Notes: a model not told the origin generated them from the sequence alone. A stretch of DNA of 63,925 nucleotides, filler included, from Octopus bimaculoides (GCF_001194135.2; 6 parts of 4 records of this genome joined end to end with filler, not necessarily neighbours in it); one strand, 5' to 3'. Shown: positions 50,670 to 62,650, numbered from the whole stretch's first letter. Program-made: numbers and translations.

Positions 50670-51060
50670 TGGATAGCAATGATACAGAGGAACAGGGCCG
50701 TGAGGACAGGATTGGGGAGTAAAAGCTAGGCATAGTGTATGAAGGAGGAAATGTGAGAAAGAGATGTGGAAATGTAGATTGGTTTGTTGGGGTAGGGTGA
50801 TGGAAAAGTTTTCTTGTTATTTGTAGGTGGAACACACAGGTCGGGGCTAAACAGATAGCAATAATACAGTGAGTCGGGCCATGTGGGTAGAACACACAGT
50901 CGGGGGCGAGCAGAGAGCAATGATACAGCGGCACAAGGCCAAGAGGACAGGATTGGGGAGTAGTAGGTAAGCATAGTATATGAAGCAGAAATGTGAGGAT
51001 GAGAAGAGATGGAGAGGCATAGTTTGCTTTGTTGTGATAGAGTGTGTGAGAAGTTTTCTT
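50670..51060 (+). repeat. ~230-bp imperfect direct repeat, two copies
   Basis: AGCAATGATACAG..GAGGACAGGATTGGGGAGTA..GCATAGT.TATGAAG..GAAATGTGAG at ~50675 and ~50915; relative at ~59130. Confidence 0.65.
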
Positions 51061-51443
51061 GTTAAGTGTGGGTGGGATGCACAGCGCTTCTAGAACTCAG
51101 TTTTGCTGATATATGGGCAGGTTTTCTCAAGAACTTCATATCGCCAGACATCTTGGTCCATTGTCATTTCCTCAGTGAGGCCCAAGAGAGAGAGAGATGG
51201 CAAACATCAGTGATAAGTGGCCCACATAAGTTGGAATTTCTCCATTTTGGCTGGGATTTTTCAGATTTCTTTTTTCACAGCTCCCTAGATGATCTGGAGC
51301 ATCTTTTTAGTGAAATAAAATTTTTGGAAAATTTTTTTAACACCTCTCCATTACCCTCTCCAGACAGATTCTATGGGCACTACACGCTTAAAAGCCATAA
51401 GAAAAGCCTTTTCTTTAAAAAATTAGTAAATGTTTCCAGAAGG

Positions 51444-51651
51444 AAAGGGAGATTTTGCTGTTATTTCTAGCATATTCCATGACAAGGTTTAGAGTTGATA
51501 AAAACAAATTTTCAAAAGAATTTTTTAATAGCATGAGTTTATGCAATTAATGGGGACAAAATATTGAAAAACATCAATACTTGTCAGAGTGAGAAAGAAA
51601 CGAGGACGGTGGTCATGGGATATGCTAGAAACAATAGCAAAATCTCCCTTT
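51444..51651. mobile_element. MITE with 40-bp terminal inverted repeats
   Basis: AAAGGGAGATTTTGCTGTTATTTCTAGCATATTCCATGAC / GTCATGGGATATGCTAGAAACAATAGCAAAATCTCCCTTT. Confidence 0.75.
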
Positions 51652-52571
51652 AATCACACAGCTTTTCATCTAAAAATATTTACCTTTTTTTTTGCTAAAG
51701 AAACTAAAGGTTTCTCCTATAGTTTTTAAGGTTGGACCCCCCCCCCCCCCNNNNNNNNNNNNNNNNNNNACCGAAATCATCTGGCGTAGTGCCCACAAAA
51801 TCGACCAAAATCGGTTCGAAGAGTGAAGGGTGAGGGTTAAAAAATTTTGGCAACCTTTCATTTTGACACGCCCCCATCAACACATCCACACGTCCATTTT
51901 CTTTCTCTTTCACTTTATGTTGACTTCAAACAAAATGTACATTTCCACCCACAAAAATAAAGAAATAAAATTTTTTACGGAATTTATCGAATGTACCTGA
52001 TCGGGTCAGCTGTTTCATTTGACAATTCTGCGGAAAAACAAGCCCATCGAATCCCAGTTATAATAATTGGAAGAATCATTTTAATCATTAAATCCAGCGC
52101 GGGATATATATATTATGGACTTCAAATCTTACTGAGGTGAACTTAGAGCAATTTAGCGTTTTATTCTGTCAAAGGTCATTAAACTAAAAGACCCGTGAAA
52201 TACTGGGATCCATTTAATCATACCCTTCCCCCATGATTATCTCAGGAATGTTGATTATTACTGAGTTTGGTAGAATTGCTTCCATGCCGTACAAAATGCA
52301 CAGCAGAATTTCTTCCGGCTTTACGTTCTGAGTTCGAATTCCACCGAGGTCGATTTTTGTCTTTCGGGATTGATGTTATAAGTACCAGAAGCACACAGGA
52401 GTCGATGTAATCGACTACACCCACTTCTCCAAAATATCAGACCGTGTGACAGTAAAAGGTTTATACCTAAAGATTGTATCGATAACATTTCCTTAGATAT
52501 TAATTAGTGATTATTTGAATGTGAATGATAGAATAAAGAAAAGAAATATTAAGAAATAAAGTGTGACTTAC

Positions 52572-52670
52572 CGAATTCCAAACGGAATCATATTCTGGTC
52601 TTTGGAGTGTTTCCAAAAGTTCATCTTTATTAAGAAGATCCACACACGGATGGCAACCACTACTTGCCAT
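52572..52670 (-). CDS. Probable first coding exon of an unidentified host gene, MASSGCHPCVDLLNKDELLETLQRPEYDSVWNS
   Basis: GACGATGG start context, in-frame stop 5 codons upstream, 33 open codons, perfect TCG|GTAAGT donor, unique sequence in a visibly CpG-richer stretch. Confidence 0.65.
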
Positions 52671-53623
52671 CGTCGAAGTTTTCTAGTGAGTTTATTTGTC
52701 AATATCAAAGTGCACAACTCAAATACAACCAACAGGATTGGTGACTTTCACTAAATAAACAAGGCAGCCTCTATATGGTTGTTCCAAATGCCAGAAATAG
52801 CAGTCATAGTCTTCATTTGCGACCTTACCCCCTGCAGAAAGGAACGGAAGCATTAAATAATGTAGCCTTACACATTCAAAAAAAGTAGGGATAGTTACGA
52901 CCGCATTGCCACTGACCATAGATCTGCTCGGTTTGGGATAACTTGGGCTGTATTGTTTATGCTTTACTTTAAGCAGTTTAAACTTTAGCCTTGCTACGAT
53001 ATCAAATGTTTGTAGTTAGTCTCTTGTCAATTGTTGAACATTCCTTCCAAAATTATGCTTATCCTCGATGATTAACCAATATTCAACTTATTTCGTAACT
53101 ATATTTTATTTTCTCAGTTTTACAGTCCCACAACAACAACACCCGGGACAAGTACAACTTATTTTATCGTTGGCAAAATAAAAACAATTGTTTTCCCCCA
53201 ATTTTATTCTTTGGCAATCCATCGTTTTTGGTCTCAGAAAAGTAAAACTATTTGTTCCGAGGTTCCGTAAAACATTTTTATTTCTTTACTTTCTTTTTCA
53301 GCTTACACACATACACACAAATGTATAAACAAGCCGATTCGTGAAAACAAAACATAGACATTTATGTATGCATGTGTATCTATGTGAGTGTGTGCGAGTG
53401 TGTGTAAATTTTTTATTATGATCACTACGGATCTAATTTACATAGATGATACAAAGACAAATACAAACAAATGTACAAAATGTATGAGTTCTTTTTAAAA
53501 ATTTTTTACGATGTTTTTATAAAATTTAAAAAACGATGACTTTGAATATCCAGACATACATATGCATGCATACCCACACACATCTATATAAATATATATA
53601 TATATATATACACATACATACAT

Positions 53624-53654
<31 letters not shown>

Positions 53655-53821
53655 TACCCATACATACACCTACACACATGTATGTCTATAAAAAGAAGGG
53701 GAGATTGNNNNNNNNNNNNNNNNNNNNNNNNNNNNNNNNNNNNNNNNNNNNTTAATTAATTAANNNNNNNNNNNNNNNNNNNNNNNNNNNNNNNNNNNNN
53801 NNNNNNNATATATATATATAT

Positions 53822-54082
53822 ATAGGTGCAGGAGTGGCTGTGTGGTAAGTAGCTTGCTTACCAACCACATAGTTCTGGGTTCCTTCCCACTGCGTGGCAC
53901 CTTGGGTAAGTGTCTTCTACTATAGTCTCAGGCCAACCAAAGCCTTGTGAGTGAATTTGGTAGACAGAAACTGAAAGAAGCCCGTCGTACATATGGATGT
54001 ACTTGCCCAAGATTCCACTCCGTGGAACTGAACCCAGAACCATGTGGTTGATAAGCAAGCTTCTTACCACACAGCCACTCCA
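53822..54082. mobile_element. Adjacent inverted pair of tRNA-headed SINE heads
   Basis: Plus copy 53822-53990, minus copy 54000-54082. Confidence 0.8.
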
Positions 54083-54574
54083 TATATATATATTTATATT
54101 ATTATTTGATTGAACACACATACACACACACAAACGCGCACACATACACATACACACAGAAATAAGAAATTTAAAAAACCGGTACTTAACCCAAAACATG
54201 AAACATGGATGTGTGTGTGTGCTTGTGTTTGTCTCCGCAACATCGCTTGACAACCAGCATAGACAACGGATGTCAAATTATGATGATGAGGAGGAGGAGG
54301 AGGAGGATGACGAAGAAGAAAATGAAAATGGAGTTTGAGAAGTTAATAATTGTTTATTATTAACAGCAAATTAATCATCTTCACTTACAGCTGTTTCAAT
54401 TAATAGTCAGTAAATATTAAGTAATTATTAAATTTATATTCATATCACCTGAGCATAATATTTTCAGAGGGAAAAAAGTACCCTTGGATGCTTTTTAGGT
54501 GTTTATGGATTCATTACTGTTCCGTGATGGTGAAATCAACAAAAGTACTCTATCTAGTGAGCGATAAATATTAT

Positions 54575-55075
54575 TAAATAAACACAATTTATTTACATTT
54601 GATGGATATTTGTCCTCATCTTGTTTGTTGTTAAAGCATTTCGGCTGATATACCCTCCAGCCTTCATCAGGTGTCTTGGGGAAATTTCGAACCTGGGTTC
54701 TCATTCCTAAGGTATTTTTCAATGTTCTTCTTCTTCTTATTATTATTATTCAGGTCACTGCTTGGAATCGAACTAGGAATCTTGGGGTTAGTAGCCCATG
54801 CTCTTAACCACTATGCCATATTCCTGTGGGCAATTATGGAGTGAGTTTTAGGGCTTATATATCTAATATTTTCCTATCCTTCCTTAATACCGGTTCCCAT
54901 ATGCTGTTCATATCTGTACTCGGTCTGCTTAGGAGGTTGTTGTGACCTAGCATATGTGCTGCTTCTTTTAGTTTTCGTATTTTCCAATGGTATTCTCTGT
55001 CTATTATGTATGGAAAAATGGAGATCACCTCCCCCTGAAACTGGATCACTGAATACTTACCAAGAAATCTTCACA
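54575..55075 (-). mobile_element. PLE 3' end: GIY-YIG C-terminus, tRNA-like head, terminal repeat with hammerhead
   Basis: IIDREYHWKIRKLKEAAHMLGHNNLLSRPS..WEPVL*; A/B-box segment 54753-54826; CUGAUGA-AGGCUG..CAGCC-GAAA at 54630-54675. Confidence 0.75.
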
Positions 55076-55418
55076 TCATGTGCCCATTTGAAGCGCTACC
55101 TACTGCAAAAATGGGATTCCCTGTCTGCTGACTAAGCCCAGAAAGTGTCCTTACAATCCAAAAGCAGCCCAAGGGATAAATCCCTTGTTCCCCCTCTCCC
55201 AGCCCATATATAGCTGGTCTAGGGGAGATAACCGATCTCACTGACACCAGAATATTTATTCTTTGATGACCAAATGACCAATGATCATAACGGATTTCTA
55301 CCTCCCAGAGGTGAAGAGTTATATTTGTCTTTGGACTAATTATCCATCTATGAAGCTACAGCCTTCGTGGTTGCGAAACCATTGATCACTCTATGACCAG
55401 ACATTAACTTTATTACTC

Positions 55419-55645
55419 TAACCCTTTTGATACCAACCCAGCTGAAACTGCCTCTGGCTCTGTAGTACAAATGTCTTGTTTTCAAAAGTTTTGAATTAAA
55501 ATCTTCCACCAAACCTTAGTCACAATTTATGTTCCTAACACTAGCTTAATGATAACTAAGTTATTTTACTAAATTCTTTGTTATATTTAAAGTAATTGAA
55601 AGAAATACAGAGCATCTCAAAAGAAATAGGGTAACAAAAGGGTTA
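55419..55645. mobile_element. Complete MITE, TAACCCTTTTG(A/T)TACC terminal inverted repeats
   Basis: TAACCCTTTTGATACC / GGTAACAAAAGGGTTA. Confidence 0.75.
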
Positions 55646-55755
55646 AAATATATAATAGAGAAACACATTTTGTGTTCCTAATACTAGCTTAATGATAATC
55701 AAGTTATTTTACTAAATTCTTCATTGTATTTAAAATTAATTGAAAGAAACACAAG

Positions 55756-56243
55756 ACCTGTTGAGGCAAGTGAAATCGAAATCGAACTAAATTCGACAAC
55801 TGGCTCCCATGCCAATGACGTCTCCTTCATTGGACACTAAACTCGGCTTGCGAAGACCTGTTGGGGCAAGTGAAAGTGAAATCATGATGGCACCTGTGCC
55901 CAGCGTCGCCTTCCTGGCACTTGTGCCGGTGGCACGTGTAAAGACATTCAAGCGAGATCATTGCCAGTGCCGCTGAACTGGCTCCTGTGCAGGTGGCACA
56001 TAAAATACACCATTTTGAGCGTGGCCGTTGCCAGTACCGCCTGACTGGCCTTCGTGCTGGTGGCACGTGAAAGTACCCACCACACTCTCGGAGTGGTTGG
56101 CATTAGGAAGGGCATCCAGCTGTAGAAACCCTGCCAGATCAGATTGGAGCCTGGTGTAGCCACCTGGTTCACCAGTCCTCAGTCAAATCGTCCAACCCAT
56201 GCTAGCATGGAAAGTGGACATTAAACGATGATGATGATGATGA
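55756..56243 (+). mobile_element. RTE 3'-UTR copy nested in a second MITE
   Basis: MITE interior 55669-55755 resumes at 56244-56280 (..ACATCTCAACAGAAATACGGTTACGAAAGGGTTAA). Confidence 0.75.
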
Positions 56244-56907
56244 CAACATCTCAACAGAAATACGGTTACGAAAGGGTTAATACTTTACTGCTTTATACTT
56301 TAGACCAGTGTTTCTCAACCTTTTTACCCTTGCATAACCCTTAAAATAAATTACATGTCTCAAAGAACCCCTGCACAAAAAAACTACATACCAGAGCTTT
56401 CTCATATTTTTTTCAAACTAATACAACTAATACACCAGCTTATTGTTCCCTTACCTGTCTTTGTCTTTTGTTTTCTATAAATTCGAACATGTGAAAAGCA
56501 CTCGGTCCACTCTGTAGGGTGGTTGGTGTTAGAAAGGGCATCCAGCTGTACAAACCATGTGAAAACTAACCTCACCCGTGCTGGTGCTACATAAAAAGCA
56601 CTCAGCCCATTCTATGGGATGGTTGGTGATAAGAAGGGCATCCAGCCATAAAAACCATGCCAAAACAGACACAATTGCCTGGTGTAGTCTTCTACCCGGC
56701 CAGCTTCTATCAAACTGTCAAACTGTCCAACCCATGCCAGCATGGAAAACGGACATTATATGATGATGAAGATGATATAAGCATATATATATATATATAT
56801 ATATATNNNNNNNNNNNNNNNNNNNNNNNNNNNNNNNNNNNNNNNNNNNNTTAATTAATTAANNNNNNNNNNNNNNNNNNNNNNNNNNNNNNNNNNNNNN
56901 NNNNNNT

Positions 56908-57180
56908 TTCGAGCGAGATCATTGCCAGTGCCCCTGGACTGGCTCTTGTGCGGGTGGCACATAAAAGACACCATTTCGAGCGTGGCCGTTTTCGTGCGGG
57001 TGACACGTAAAAGCACCCACTACACTCTCTGAGTGGTTGGCGTTAGGAAGGGCATCCAGCTGTAGAAACTCTGCCAAATCAGACTGGAGCCTGGTGTTGC
57101 CATCCGGTTTCACCAGTCCTCAGTCAAATCGTCCAACCCATGCTAGCATGGAAAGCGGACGTTAAACGATGATGATGATG
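56908..57180 (+). mobile_element. RTE 3'-UTR-type repeat, young-looking
   Basis: Near-consensus ..GGTTGGCGTTAGGAAGGGCATCCAGCTGTAGAAAC..GTTAAACGATGATGATGATG. Confidence 0.85.
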
Positions 57181-58154
57181 ATATATATATATATATATAC
57201 ATATATACACACACATACACATATACACATATATATACAGTTACGAGGGAAAAAAACTTGGATCTTGTGAATTCTCCGACATACAATGGAGTTGTTGGAT
57301 TTTCCCCACAAATTACTTTATAACCGTAATGTATGCCGTTTGAAAGGTATTTCTATAAAATTTCATTGAAAAAACCCCATTTTCCTAAAAGTTATGAGGG
57401 AAAAACTTGGATTTTGTNNNNNNNNNNNNNNNNNNNNNNNNNNNNNNNNNNNNNNNNNNNNNNNNNNNNNNNNNNNNNNNNNNNNNNNNNNNNNNNNNNN
57501 NNNNNNNNNNNNNNNNNNNNNNNNNNNNNNNNNNNNNNNNNNNNNNNNNNNNNNNNNNNNNNNNNNNNNNNNNNNNNNNNNNNNNNNNNNNNNNNNNNNN
57601 NNNNNNNNNNNNNNNNNNNNNNNNNNNNNNNNNNNNNNNNNNNNNNNNNNNNNNNNNNNNNNNNNNNNNNNNNNNNNNNNNNNNNNNNNNNNNNNNNNNN
57701 NNNNNNNNNNNNNNNNNNNNNNNNNNNNNNNNNNNNNNNNNNNNNNNNNNNNNNNNNNNNNNNNNNNNNNNNNNNNNNNNNNNNNNNNNNNNNNNNNNNN
57801 NNNNNNNNNNNNNNNNNNNNNNNNNNNNNNNNNNNNNNNNNNNNNNNNNNNNNNNNNNNNNNNNNNNNNNNNNNNNNNNNNNNNNNNNNNNNNNNNNNNN
57901 NNNNNNNNNNNNNNNNNNNNNNNNNNNNNNNNNNNNNNNNNNNNNNNNNNNNNNNNNNNNNNNNNNNNNNNNNNNNNNNNNNNNNNNNNNNNNNNNNNNN
58001 NNNNNNNNNNNNNNNNNNNNNNNNNNNNNNNNNNNNNNNNNNNNNNNNNNNNNNNNNNNNNNNNNNNNNNNNNNNNNNNNNNNNNNNNNNNNNNNNNNNN
58101 NNNNNNNNNNNNNNNNNNNNNNNNNNNNNNNNNNNNNNNNNNNNNNNNNNNNNN

Positions 58155-58457
58155 GCTAGGTATTTCTCCTGCAGCTGTCTTACCAGAAATATAGCATCAG
58201 TGGTGCTTTTCCCTGGCACAAACCCAAACTTCATCTCATCTAAATTGATTCGCTCCCTAATTAGTTGGGCTATGACCCTCTCCGTAACTTTCATAACCTG
58301 ATCTAACAGCTTGATACCTCTGTAGTTATTTGTATCTAAAGCGTCACCTTTACCTTTGTAGCAGTTGACTATGGTGCTGCTACACCAGTCATTGGGTATG
58401 ACTCCTTTGTGTATCACCTGGTTAACTATACGGGTGACTAGGCTACAGCCGACACTG
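58155..58457 (-). mobile_element. RTE RT fragment
   Basis: NYRGIKLLDQVMKVTERVIAQL..FGFVPGKSTTDAIFLVRQLQEKYL. Confidence 0.9.
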
Positions 58458-59442
58458 CATATATATATATTATTTTAAAATCTGTTTTCCAAGCTGGCTT
58501 GGGTTGGATTGTTTGACAAATGCTTGCCCATGTTCCATTGGCATAGTTTCCACGGGCGGATGCCCTTCCTAGCACCAACCACTTTACAGAGTGTATTGAG
58601 TGGTTCTTACACAGCACCAGCACGTACACACACACGTGTGTGTGTGTGTGTGTGTGTGTCACCATTATTTAACACCTGTCTTCCATGGTAGCATGGGTTG
58701 GAGCTGGCAAGCGAGAGGCCTGCACCAACCACTTCACTGTCTGTTTTGGCATGGTTTCTGTGGCTGGATGCCCTTCCTAATGCCAACCACCTGACAGAGT
58801 GGACTAGGTGCTTTTTTATGTGGCACCAGCACAGTTGGAATCACCAAGTAACTCACAAGACAAAGACCCTTTGGGAAGGGTAGGTGGAGGAGAGGTTAGT
58901 GTGTCACAGAGGGACAGAAACAGGGGTCTTGCCGAAGAGATACAGGGTTGCCCCAGTCAGAGGGAGAGAGCAAGAGAAAAATGGGTGAGAGAAAGATGGT
59001 GCCAGGGTATACCCTCAAGATATGGGGGTGGTAGAGTATTTCCATGGGTGTATGAGTGGGGAGTTCACATGAATGCAAAGGGGAACGCAGTGACTAAGTG
59101 AAACCTAGGTTTATAGAGGAGGGAACAACAGGAGAGCAATGATACACTGGGGGGCAGGGCAGTGAAGACAGGAATGGGGACGGGAAGATAAGTATGCTGC
59201 ATAAAAAATACATCCATGCAGATGTGGCCATGGTAAGAAGCTTGCTTTCCAAGCACACGATTCCAGGTTCAGTCCCTTTGTTTGGCACTTTGAGCCAATC
59301 AAAGCCTTGTGAGTGGATTTGGTAGATGAAACCTGACAAAAACTGGATGTATATATATATATATAAATAAATAATCAACACAGATATCCAGAGGTAATGC
59401 AGGTGAACAAGGATATCCATTACTTCTGGATATCCTTGTTGC

Positions 59443-60390
59443 AATAATTAGCTTTTATTTATTCACAAAATTCAGCTAATTTTTTTGTATCTCTATAAAT
59501 TCTTACTTAGCTGATATAAAACTATACTGGTATATTCACTACTTATTAAAAAAATGCTTAGATTATAATTTTATTAATATATGTTCTTTTACCTCAAATA
59601 CTCCTTTATTAATACCAGTATATACCAATCAATATTCACAGATACCATCTGATGAGTTAGTATTTAAGTGTACGATATATATAAATATTAAACTATTTCT
59701 GGATAATTTCTTTTCCTCCCTCTATTGTGGTAAAAGTTTGATATATACTCAAAAGTATTCATAAATTTCTATCCTTTTGTTATAATATTCTTAATAGCCC
59801 TAAACTTTATCTGTATACAATATAGCAACATTGTTTAAAATATTTAACTATAATACTATGTGATAAGACTCCCCCCTGTTTCATTATCAATGGTCTGCTA
59901 GTGGGTGACTCCCTTAATTGTCAGCCAACATCTTGTTTAAAGTTGTTTTTTTTTTTACCAAACCTCATGATATTGCTTCTAATAAATCTTGATTTTTATG
60001 ACTATACCAACTATGATTTCTGTCTGCTCCCTCAGCCCTACCCCTCACAGATACTGGCCTTTATTCTCTCAGCCTTTGATATACAAGGATTTGATAAACT
60101 AGTCTATAAATTAAAACTGACCCCCCCCAAAAAAACAAATAAAATCAGTGACAGGCAGAGTCTTCTTGATAATTTAGTAACTTCTATGCTGAAGTAGAGG
60201 CAACATGTTCTTTGTCTATCTCCTTAACTTCTTGGAGATTTTAGGGATAATTATACTGTGTTCATCTGTTCTAATTTTAATTAAATTCTATGTCTTTGTG
60301 CAGCTGAGGATTGCTCTGCATTTTAAATTGATGTAATGATTGCATTGTTCAATTAAATGGAGTTGCATGAAACGATCGTACTGCACTACA
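59443..60390 (-). mobile_element. Very decayed AT-rich insert, possibly PLE, bounded by an 18-bp direct repeat
   Basis: TCTGGATATCCTTGTTGC at 59425-59442 and 60391-60408; weak GIY-YIG-like trace (LVYTGINKGVF). Confidence 0.35.
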
Positions 60391-60759
60391 TCTGGATATC
60401 CTTGTTGCTTATTTTGATTCTAATCACCTTATTTTGAAATTGTGTGGATAACACCATACTAAATTCTGGTGCCTCAACTTAAGTACCATATTCATCTGAA
60501 TCTATATATATGTATGTGTATCTCCTTGTCTTGCCATTCTGGAAATGAGTGTTGCCATCTTGTAAGCAGTGTCATTCATTTCCAATATTGTACAAGAACA
60601 TCCCTGGCCATGGGAAAATATTAACTTCCTTGGAAACTGGTAAGGGTTGACAACAGGAAAGGCATCCTCAAGTAGAAAATCTACATCAACAAATTCTGTC
60701 CTTTCCATGCAAGTATGGAAAAGTGGGGATTAAACAATGTTGATATCCATACTCTCTCC

Positions 60760-61480
60760 ATCATTTGTAAGACTGACAAATGATATATGGTGAGAGGGAG
60801 ATTAGATATATCTCTTCATAATTGAAGATGGTAGGATATAATTTGAGAGAAATTTGGCTGTTATATCTAGCTGCTCTGCACAGGCCTTCTCTTGTTGGCT
60901 CACTCCTTATTGTTGTATCTTCTTTGATCAGTTGTTGTCAAACAAAACTTGATGGAAGGCATTCTGGTCAGTGTTTAAAGACTGCTGAAATTGTCATGAC
61001 TGTTCAGTTTGTTCAATATAGCCTTCGTTTACGGTGGTAAGGTGTGATCTATGAGAGATTTGTTATTTCCAGCAATTTGAACAACTGTGTCTCAGCTCCC
61101 CATTGAACAAAATTATCTGTCAATAGATCATATCCTCAGAATCGGTGATTTGAAGTAACAAGGAAGTTAGTTTCTCACTTCATTCAAGTGGTTACTTTTA
61201 GAGACAGAGTGTGTTCTTACTTACATAGGGAGGGTGATAGGAGAGGATTTTTGGCTAAATCTTTATTATTAGACTAGCAACACCTGTGGAGATTCCTGCA
61301 TTATTTTCAATTGGAAACCCCTTTCAGTTCTCCTGGATAGGGGCTGCAATTGAAGGAGCACGACTTTCCCATTCTTTCAGAGATTCATTTATGTATCTAA
61401 GAGCTTTGTGATGATTATAGAGAATATTCATGTCACCACTGCTGTAACTTTCAACCGTATGTTTACAGCTTTATTGATGC
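60760..61480 (-). mobile_element. Decayed PLE RT C-terminus + GIY-YIG relic
   Basis: KGFPIE (NGYP-like), ITLP/YVSK, ISHRSHLTTVNEGYIEQTEQS (VYxIPC..YIGQT-like). Confidence 0.5.
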
Positions 61481-61514
61481 TCTCTCTCTTTCATTTTATA
61501 TTCTACCTTCGAGC

Positions 61515-61555
<41 letters not shown>

Positions 61556-61615
61556 CTATAGTTTCAGCTTAGAGCTGCGGCCATGCTGATGCACCGCCGT
61601 TTTGGTACACTTTTA

Positions 61616-62650
61616 TTACTGAGATCCTCCTCCAATATGTGGCACTTGGTGAAGAATGGAGTTTGATTTAGCAACCCTCATTTGCACCTCTTGCCGTGAG
61701 GTAGATTCATCTGGGACTATCGACAGGAAGAGGTCCAGCTTTGATTTTAAAACCTCTACATCTACTTTGTGCAGGTTCCTCAGGCTCTTTGGGAGAGTAT
61801 TAAAAAGCTGTGGGCCCCTGAAACCCAAACTGTTGCAGTAACTGGTCTTGAATCGCAATGGCATTGCTGGGATCTTTGGCACTATGCAGTGTCGTCCCGT
61901 TCTGGCATTGGTATAGCTTTCAATGCCAAAATTTGGCACAATTCCTTCCAGGATCTTCCAAATGTATATTATTGCATACCTCTCCCGCCTTCTCTCCAGG
62001 GAGTAGAGTCTTAGCTGTTTCAGCCTTTCCCAGTAGCTGAGCAGTTGCAAAGAGACAATCTTCTTTGTGAATCTTCTCTGGATTGCTTCNNNNNNNNNNN
62101 NNNNNNNNNNNNNNNNNNNNNNNNNNNNNNNNNNNNNNNNNNNNNNNNNNNNNNNNNNNNNNNNNNNNNNNNNNNNNNNNAGGTCCGCTGTTAATTTCAC
62201 ACTGCTGGGTGACCACAGCTGTGAGCAGTAATCCAGGCGGCTGAGGACAAATGTCTTCCAGAGGACCATCATGGCTTCCTTATCTCTGGTTCTGAATGTT
62301 CTCAGGATCCATCCAGCCAATCGTCTGCACTTTGTCACCATCCTGGTTATGTGCACTTGGAAAGAGGCATCATCACTCATGTCGATACCCAGGTCTCTCA
62401 CTGATTTAGGCTCTGGGATTGAAATTCCCTGCGGACCAGTGTACTCTGTAAGTTTCATATTCAGTTTTGGACGTTGGTAGCGCAGGGCTTGGAATTTTTC
62501 AGCATTAAACTGCATATTATTATCCTCAGCCCATCTGTAAATTGAGTCCAACTCCTGCTGCAGATGTGCAACATCACTGGAGTTCTATATTTTCTGTGAA
62601 ACTTTCGTATCGTCTGCGTAGCTTGCAAGGGTGGCTATCCGGGCACTTGA
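61616..62650 (-). mobile_element. CR1-clade LINE, 5'-truncated RT to 3' end
   Basis: SYADDTKVS, WAEDNNMQFNAEK, VRDLGI, SRLDYCSQLWSP, YSLERRRERY; one stop near YADD, otherwise a long open frame. Confidence 0.92.

Noticed and set aside
14601-52670. Naming the minus-strand gene SHCBP1/Nessun dorma
   Set aside because: Loose remembered resemblances (P...VW, DTIFLPG, LLYKCDE) but the conserved RFFY..W..WD and ENP.LR motifs were not found; too weak to assign a symbol.
54753-54826. tRNA-Ser(ACT)-like gene
   Set aside because: Acceptor and T stems do not pair and the variable arm is short; a tRNA-derived head, not a tRNA. The same applies to the SINE heads.
56306-56380. hAT-like end CAGTGTTTCTCAACC
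   Set aside because: Only one terminus is visible, with no TSD or partner end.
59648-59656. CTGATGAG as another hammerhead
   Set aside because: No stem II, GAAA or stem I partner nearby.
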